Shown here: positions 58,836 to 64,000 of the stretch, piece by piece
Layout of the letters: each line of letters starts with the position of its first letter
How positions within the stretch are numbered: position 1 is the first letter of the stretch
From: an uncultured Gemmatimonadales bacterium
GTDB taxonomy: Bacteria > Gemmatimonadota > Gemmatimonadetes > Longimicrobiales > Gaopeijiaceae
DNA length: 64,000 nt
NCBI GenBank assembly: GCA_963809895.1
Contig: CAWELD010000010.1
Coordinates: 704,001 to 768,000, forward strand
Direction of reading: 5' to 3'
Notes under the pieces: generated by a model
What the model saw: only the letters and a program-made list of their open reading frames with translations
What the model was told of the DNA's origin: nothing
Databases searched by the model: none
Position numbers and translations under genes: made by a program

Positions 58836-59579
58836 GTGGCCCGGACCTCGAACCGGATCGACGTCGTGACGGATCACTCTTCTTCCCGGGCCGCCTGGGC
58901 CTGGATTCTCGCCGGCGGCGTCGTGTTGTCCGCGGTCGTTCTGGGCTACTCCTTCGTGCACGGACGACGGGCTCCGGGCACGGTGAACGTGGTCGGCTCC
59001 GCCACGGTTCCGTTCACCTCGGACGTGGTGAAGTGGCGAGTGGCGCTGGTGCGGCGGGTTCCCGCGGGTGGCGAGGTCGAGGGCTACGCGCGCCTCAGCG
59101 AAGACCGCACCCGCTTCCTGTCCCGTCTCGCGGACGCCGGCGTGGCCGATCAGGACGTCTCGGTCCAGCCCGTGACCACGAACCCCGTCTTCGACCGTGA
59201 CGGGCAGATCACGGGTCAGCAACTCCGGCAGCCCTTCCTGGTCATCTCCAGCGACATCGACGCCGTGGAGTCGCTGGCCCTGGATCCCGGTGACCTGCTG
59301 AGAGACGGACTGGGGCTGGAGGGATCGCAGCTCGAGTACTTCTACGACGGCATCGCCGAGCTCAAGCACGACCTGCTCGCGCAGGCTTCCGATGACGCCC
59401 GCGCTCGGGCCACAGAGATCGCGGGGGACGGGCTCGGTGCTTTGGAGGAGGCGCGGGCCGGCGTCTTCCAGATCCGCGAGCCCTATTCCACCGAGGTGCA
59501 GGGCTACGGCGTGTACAGCACGGGCACGCGGGCCAAGGAGATCACGGTCACCGTGCACGCCACGTACCGGTTGCGCTGA
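58836..59579 (+). CDS. SIMPL (DUF541) domain protein
   Basis: N-terminal TM, VNVVGSA, LKHDLLAQASDDARARATEIA, ARAGVFQI. Confidence 0.85.
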   Translation: MARTSNRIDVVTDHSSSRAAWAWILAGGVVLSAVVLGYSFVHGRRAPGTVNVVGSATVPFTSDVVKWRVALVRRVPAGGEVEGYARLSEDRTRFLSRLADAGVADQDVSVQPVTTNPVFDRDGQITGQQLRQPFLVISSDIDAVESLALDPGDLLRDGLGLEGSQLEYFYDGIAELKHDLLAQASDDARARATEIAGDGLGALEEARAGVFQIREPYSTEVQGYGVYSTGTRAKEITVTVHATYRLR

Positions 59580-59656
59580 GGACGGCGTCCGCAGCACGCG
59601 CGTTCCACCACCCCGTAGGCCTGGCGCCTCGGCCGTCGCCGCTCGAGCTTGGCTCC

Positions 59657-60778
59657 ATGGACATCCACTCGCTTCGCCTCGATGCCGGATCCGCCGGCCA
59701 GGCACGCCTATCCGCCATCGTCGGATCGCGGGAGGTCTGGTTCGACGTCACCGGGGCGCCCTTCGGTCTACGGGCCTCGTACGACCCGTTCGTGGTGGGG
59801 GGCTTCGCGCTCGCCATGGAATCGGGCGAGGAGCTCCGGGTCGCCGGCGACGCGCCCGTCTCGCCGGGGCTGGTGGAGAACCTGGCCAGCGCCATGGACA
59901 TCTGCGCCGCCTGGTGGCCGGAGCATCTCACCCGTGTCCAGATCCGCGCGGAGCGGATGGAAGACGGCGACCCCGCGCCGGCGGGCTCGGTGGGATGCTT
60001 CTTCAGCGGCGGAGCCGACAGCCTCTACTCGTTCATCGTGAACCGGGAGGCGGTCACCCACCTCGTCCTGTGCCGCGGACTCGACATCCCCCCGGACGAG
60101 GAGGAGCGTTGGCGGCAGACCGAGGCGTCGGTGCGCGCCGTGGCCGAGGCGCACCATAAGCGGCTGATCCTGGTGGACACCAATGCCAAGACGGCTCTCC
60201 AGACCCCGGTGGCGGCGGACAACCACGGCGCGGTGCTGGTGAGCACCGGACTGGGGCTCGGCCTCGAGACGTTGCTGGTGCCGGCGAGCCACGCCTGGGA
60301 CTTCTACCAGCGGTGGGGAAGCCACCCGCTCCTGGATCCCCTTTTCGGCAACGGCACGACCCGCGTCGTGCACGATCACCCGGCGCCGCGCTCCACCAAG
60401 ATGGAAGCCATCGTGCGCACGGGGATCGGGCTGGACAGCCTGCGCGTGTGCAACGTGCAGACGCTCTTCAATTGCGGCCGCTGCGAGAAGTGCCTGCGCA
60501 CCCGGGTCATGCTCACGCTGCTGGGCGCTCGCGCCGAGGGTCTGGAGCCGCTGCGGGACGCCGCCGAGCTACGCCAGGTGCGGGTCTACGACGACTCGCA
60601 GGTCAGCTACTGGGAGGAGAACGCGGCCTACGCACGCGCCATGGGGCGGGACGACATCGCCCGGGAGTGCGCCAGGATCGTGCGCAGCTACCGCGTGCGC
60701 GTCGCCCTTCGCACGCTGGACCGGGAGGTGGGCGGAGGGATGCTGGGGAGGCTGAAGCGCACACTGGGGCGCGACTGA
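59657..60778 (+). CDS. Uncharacterised PP-loop (adenine nucleotide alpha hydrolase, QueC-like) protein
   Basis: FFSGGADSLY, WGSHPLLDP, LRVC...NCGRCEKCLRT. Confidence 0.7.
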   Translation: MDIHSLRLDAGSAGQARLSAIVGSREVWFDVTGAPFGLRASYDPFVVGGFALAMESGEELRVAGDAPVSPGLVENLASAMDICAAWWPEHLTRVQIRAERMEDGDPAPAGSVGCFFSGGADSLYSFIVNREAVTHLVLCRGLDIPPDEEERWRQTEASVRAVAEAHHKRLILVDTNAKTALQTPVAADNHGAVLVSTGLGLGLETLLVPASHAWDFYQRWGSHPLLDPLFGNGTTRVVHDHPAPRSTKMEAIVRTGIGLDSLRVCNVQTLFNCGRCEKCLRTRVMLTLLGARAEGLEPLRDAAELRQVRVYDDSQVSYWEENAAYARAMGRDDIARECARIVRSYRVRVALRTLDREVGGGMLGRLKRTLGRD

Positions 60779-60825
60779 GTTTGACCATGCCCCCTGCGGG
60801 CCACCCGGGAGGGTGAAACGTGAGA

Positions 60826-61164
60826 GGGCGCGGATGCCATGGGTTGGGAGGAGCCCCCCGGAGATCTCGGCCCGCCGCAGGCGGCCCGTCAGGGGGCGCG
60901 CGCCGCCTGGGGTTTGCGGCCAGGGACGACAGGCGCGGGCGTGAGGGCTGCAAAGGCCATGATTATCCTGGTGTTCGCAGCCACGAGTGCGCCGGCGGCG
61001 GTCCAGGGCTGCGGACGCCGCGACAGTCATGGTGTTCGCAGCCGACTCTTCGGCCCCGCCCTTCGGCGGCTGCGATCCCCATGTTCGCGCGCCTCGCTCC
61101 GATCAATCGAGTCGCCGGAGTCGCCGGTCTCGCGGACGGCTCGAAGCTCCGACCACCAGAAGCC
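60826..61164. repeat. Degenerate array of 37-bp palindromic repeats, 60-61 bp period
   Basis: Best units are 60946-60982 and 61007-61043. Half-conserved units end at 60921 and start at 61068 and 60826. Confidence 0.6.
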
Positions 61165-61228
61165 CGCTCGCCGCCTCATTCATCGCCTCCACGAGCTCGG
61201 CCTCTACATGGATGGCCGGACCCGAGCC

Positions 61229-62707
61229 TCAGAACACGGGACCCACGGCCTGGCGCGCCTCGTCCAGCTCCGCCACCGCGTCGGCGTCGGGGCTGGTGAG
61301 CAGGCTCACCACCACGATGGCGGCGAAGCCCGCGGCGAAACCCGGGATCATCTCGTACAGGTCGTAGAAGCGCTCCTTGAAGGCCAGCACCCAGACGACG
61401 GTGGTGGTGAAGCCCGCCACCATGCCCGCGATGGCGCCCGCCCGGGTCGTCCGCCTCCAGAAGAGCGAGCACAGCACCACCGGGGTGAAGGCCGCCGCGA
61501 TTCCGGACCAGGCGAAGAGCACGAACCAGAAGATCATGCGGGGCTCGCTCAGGGCCAGGGCCAGCCCCACCGCCCCGATGGCCACCGTCACGCCCTTGCC
61601 CAGCAGCGACAGCCGTCGTTGCTCGGCCTCGGGGTCGAAGATGTTCTGCACGACGTCGCGCACCACGGCCGACGAGGCCAGGATGAGAAGCGAGTCCACG
61701 GTGGACATGATCGCCGCCAGGACCACCACCAGGAAGATCCCCGTGAAGAAGGCGGGAAAGAGCAGGTCGCTCATCTGGGGCAGCACCGTTTCCGGGTCGG
61801 CCAGGCCCGGAAAGAGCACCCGCCCGGCCATGCCGCTGAAGACGGCCCCCACGTCGAAGCCGATGACGCACAGCACGGCCCACAGCCCGCCGTCTTCGAT
61901 CTCGCGCTGGTCCCGGGCCGCCATGAAGCGCACCAGGAGCTGGGGTGAGCCGAGAAAGGCGAAGCCGATGGCCACGAAGCCCAGGGCGCTGGCCACGCCG
62001 GCCACGGACAGGCCGAAGGACCCCATGGGCCGGAGCAGAGCCGGGTCGGCCGACCCGAGGGTCTCCATGACCCCTGTGAAGCCCCCGGCGGCGGGGATGG
62101 CCACGATGGGCAGTGTCACCAGGCAGCCCAGCATGAGCACGCCCTGCAGCAGATCCGAATAAGCGACGGCCTTGAATCCCCCCACCGTCGTGTAGAACAG
62201 CACGATGGCGAGCCCGATCCAGACCCCGGCCGTGTAGCCCGTGTGCAGGAAGGTGTCGAAAGCCTTGCCCGACGCCGTGAGCTGGGCCGCCGTGTAGGCC
62301 ATGACCATGCTCAGGATGATGACGGCGGAGAGGATCCGAAAGACGTGGCGGGTATCGCGAAACCGCGCCGTAAGGTAGTCGGGGACGGTGATGGCGTCGT
62401 AGCGGTCGGTGAGCGCCTTGAAGGGCCGCGCCACGAACACCCAGGCCGTGGCCACGCCCAGCACCTCGCCCAGGATCACCCAGAAGGCGTGCACGCCGAT
62501 GGCGTAGCCCATGCCGGTGAGCCCGAGCAGGAGCCACGCGCTCTCGCCGGTGGCGTTGGAGCTGAAGGCGATCACCCACGACGGCAGCCGTTTGCCCGCC
62601 AGGAAGTAGCCCTTCACGTCGCCGGAGTCGCGGCTGCCCCAGATGCCGATGGCCAGGAGCAGCACCAGGTAGCCCACCAGGACCGCGATGATGACCCCGG
62701 AGGTCAC
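61229..62707 (-). CDS. putP: Sodium/proline symporter (SSS family)
   Basis: GYFLAGKRL, SSNATGESAWLLLGLTG, YTTVGGFKAVAYSD, LAAIMSTVDS. Confidence 0.9.
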   Translation of the reverse strand: MTSGVIIAVLVGYLVLLLAIGIWGSRDSGDVKGYFLAGKRLPSWVIAFSSNATGESAWLLLGLTGMGYAIGVHAFWVILGEVLGVATAWVFVARPFKALTDRYDAITVPDYLTARFRDTRHVFRILSAVIILSMVMAYTAAQLTASGKAFDTFLHTGYTAGVWIGLAIVLFYTTVGGFKAVAYSDLLQGVLMLGCLVTLPIVAIPAAGGFTGVMETLGSADPALLRPMGSFGLSVAGVASALGFVAIGFAFLGSPQLLVRFMAARDQREIEDGGLWAVLCVIGFDVGAVFSGMAGRVLFPGLADPETVLPQMSDLLFPAFFTGIFLVVVLAAIMSTVDSLLILASSAVVRDVVQNIFDPEAEQRRLSLLGKGVTVAIGAVGLALALSEPRMIFWFVLFAWSGIAAAFTPVVLCSLFWRRTTRAGAIAGMVAGFTTTVVWVLAFKERFYDLYEMIPGFAAGFAAIVVVSLLTSPDADAVAELDEARQAVGPVF

Positions 62708-62847
62708 GGTCGGCCTCCCTGCGACCCGGGCCCCGGCCGCCTGCGATCACGGCGGCGGGCACGGTAGAAGGAGAGCTCCAGCGACAGGCCCAGGCCCACC
62801 GCCACCACCAGGAGCAGCCACGAGATCAGGGGGAGGCCGAAGAGCAT
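62704..62847 (-). CDS. Small single-TM protein coupled to putP
   Basis: MLFGLPLISWLLLVVAVGLGLSLELSFY plus a basic tail. The stop overlaps the putP start. Confidence 0.65.
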   Translation of the reverse strand: MLFGLPLISWLLLVVAVGLGLSLELSFYRARRRDRRRPGPGSQGGRP

Positions 62848-63057
62848 GGCGCGGTCCCGGCGAGAGGGAAGGGGGCCGGCGGACCGCAGCGCGCCGGCGG
62901 ACTCCGGCGACCAAGGTTCGGCCGCCGCCCCCACCGTGCAAGCCTGCCCTCGGTCAGCCCGCCCGGACGGGGACGGGTCCTGTCGCCCCAAACCCTGACA
63001 GCTTTCTGACGTCGGACAGGTGCCGGTGCCGCGGGTGCGCGATAAACTTCAGTGACC

Positions 63058-64000
63058 ATGCGCGTCCCCTTCCTCTCCCGTGCCCCGGGCTCCGGGAGCG
63101 CCGCGGTGGCCGGAGTCCTGGTCCTGACCGTGGGGCTCACGGCCGTGTTGGGATACCAGGCCGTGACGGCGCACCGCTCCCACCGGGAGGTGGCCGAAAA
63201 GACCCTTCGAGAGCAGGCCCAGGTCGCGGCGTGGGTCCTGGGGGGCGCCAGCGAGCGAGCGCTTCACGGGGGGTTCTTCCTGCCCGGTCTGGACATCGTG
63301 GCCAAGCTCGGCGGCAAAGAGCCGACGCGCGCCTTCGCGGTGGCGTCCGAGCTGGACCAGGTGAACAGCGAGCGGTCATGGTGCTGGCCCGAGTGCGTCC
63401 GGCTGCTCTTCCGCATGAGCGCGCGGGGTGACGTCCTGGACGCGGTGCGCCCCGATTCCCTGGGGCGCCCCGTCGCGTTGGCACCGGACGACCCGGAATT
63501 GACCGAGGCCCTCGGTGACGTGCGCGCGAAGGCCGCCGACGGGCTGGACTTCCACTGGGACCTGGCGGTGCGCTACCTGCCCGACGGCCGGGTCCTGGCC
63601 TGGCGACGGTATCATCGCAGCGACGGTACGGGTCTCTACTACGGCTTCGTCGCGCGCGACCTGGAAGTCCGGGAGATCCTGACCGGGCTGTTCGCGGACA
63701 CCCCGTTGCTGCCTCCGGCGCTCACGGGCAAGACCCCGAACGCCGAGCTCCTGTCGGCGCGCCTGGACGCTCCCGGCGCGCCGGCGCCGCTCCTGGATTC
63801 CGATCCGGGACACACGTCGCCGTTCTCGGCCGCGTACGCCCTGGCGCCGGCCTTCGGCGGGATGCGAGCCGAGGTGGCGCTGCGGGAATCGGCGGCGCCG
63901 GCTCTGGTCATCGGGGGCCTGCCCGCCAGCCGGCTTCCCCTCATCCTGGGCCTGCTGGCGCTCACCGTGGCGCTGTTGGGCATCTCGATCCTCCAGATTC
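63058..64000 (+). CDS. Probable membrane sensor histidine kinase, N-terminal part (runs off the window)
   Basis: Open from ATG 63058 to the window end: TM1, an extracytoplasmic domain, then TM2 (GGLPASRLPLILGLLALT). The kinase domain is not visible. Confidence 0.6.
   Translation, partial: MRVPFLSRAPGSGSAAVAGVLVLTVGLTAVLGYQAVTAHRSHREVAEKTLREQAQVAAWVLGGASERALHGGFFLPGLDIVAKLGGKEPTRAFAVASELDQVNSERSWCWPECVRLLFRMSARGDVLDAVRPDSLGRPVALAPDDPELTEALGDVRAKAADGLDFHWDLAVRYLPDGRVLAWRRYHRSDGTGLYYGFVARDLEVREILTGLFADTPLLPPALTGKTPNAELLSARLDAPGAPAPLLDSDPGHTSPFSAAYALAPAFGGMRAEVALRESAAPALVIGGLPASRLPLILGLLALTVALLGISILQI

Noticed and set aside
60826..61164. Calling the repeat array a bona fide CRISPR
   Set aside because: Repeats are too degenerate, spacers are short, and no cas genes or leader are visible. 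Kept as an unclassified repeat.
1..64000. tRNA, rRNA, known riboswitches, transposases, prophage genes
   Set aside because: No recognisable signatures by eye. A covariance-model scan would be needed to exclude small RNAs.

Overview
High-GC bacterial chromosomal window, most consistent with a Gemmatimonadota (Longimicrobiales-like) genome. That is an inference from the expanded 6-bladed beta-propeller lipoproteins, the PadR plus duplicated orphan permease pair and a GWxTD-like protein. About 1-36 kb is an accessory patchwork of short envelope, detoxification and resistance-type genes: 8 beta-propeller paralogues, VOC, DinB, GNAT, Vat-like, APH(3')-like, TolC and DsbB. Several of these carry frameshifts or internal deletions. 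About 36-64 kb is more housekeeping: ppdK, mscS, csp, cysteine desulfurase-like, msrA, menH-like, ADOP permease/PadR, a response regulator, arsC, dnaE, SIMPL, putP and a partial sensor kinase. I recognised no rRNA, tRNA, transposase, integrase or cas gene. The most unusual signals are: (1) a degenerate 61-bp-period array of 37-bp palindromes with unique 24-bp spacers directly after a QueC-like PP-loop gene (60.8-61.2 kb); (2) a conserved multi-hairpin leader and terminator shared by two csp paralogues; (3) back-to-back divergent sigma54 promoters; (4) a stand-alone double-HTH protein of the phage HNH-associated type. All family assignments come from reading motifs by eye, not from database searches.
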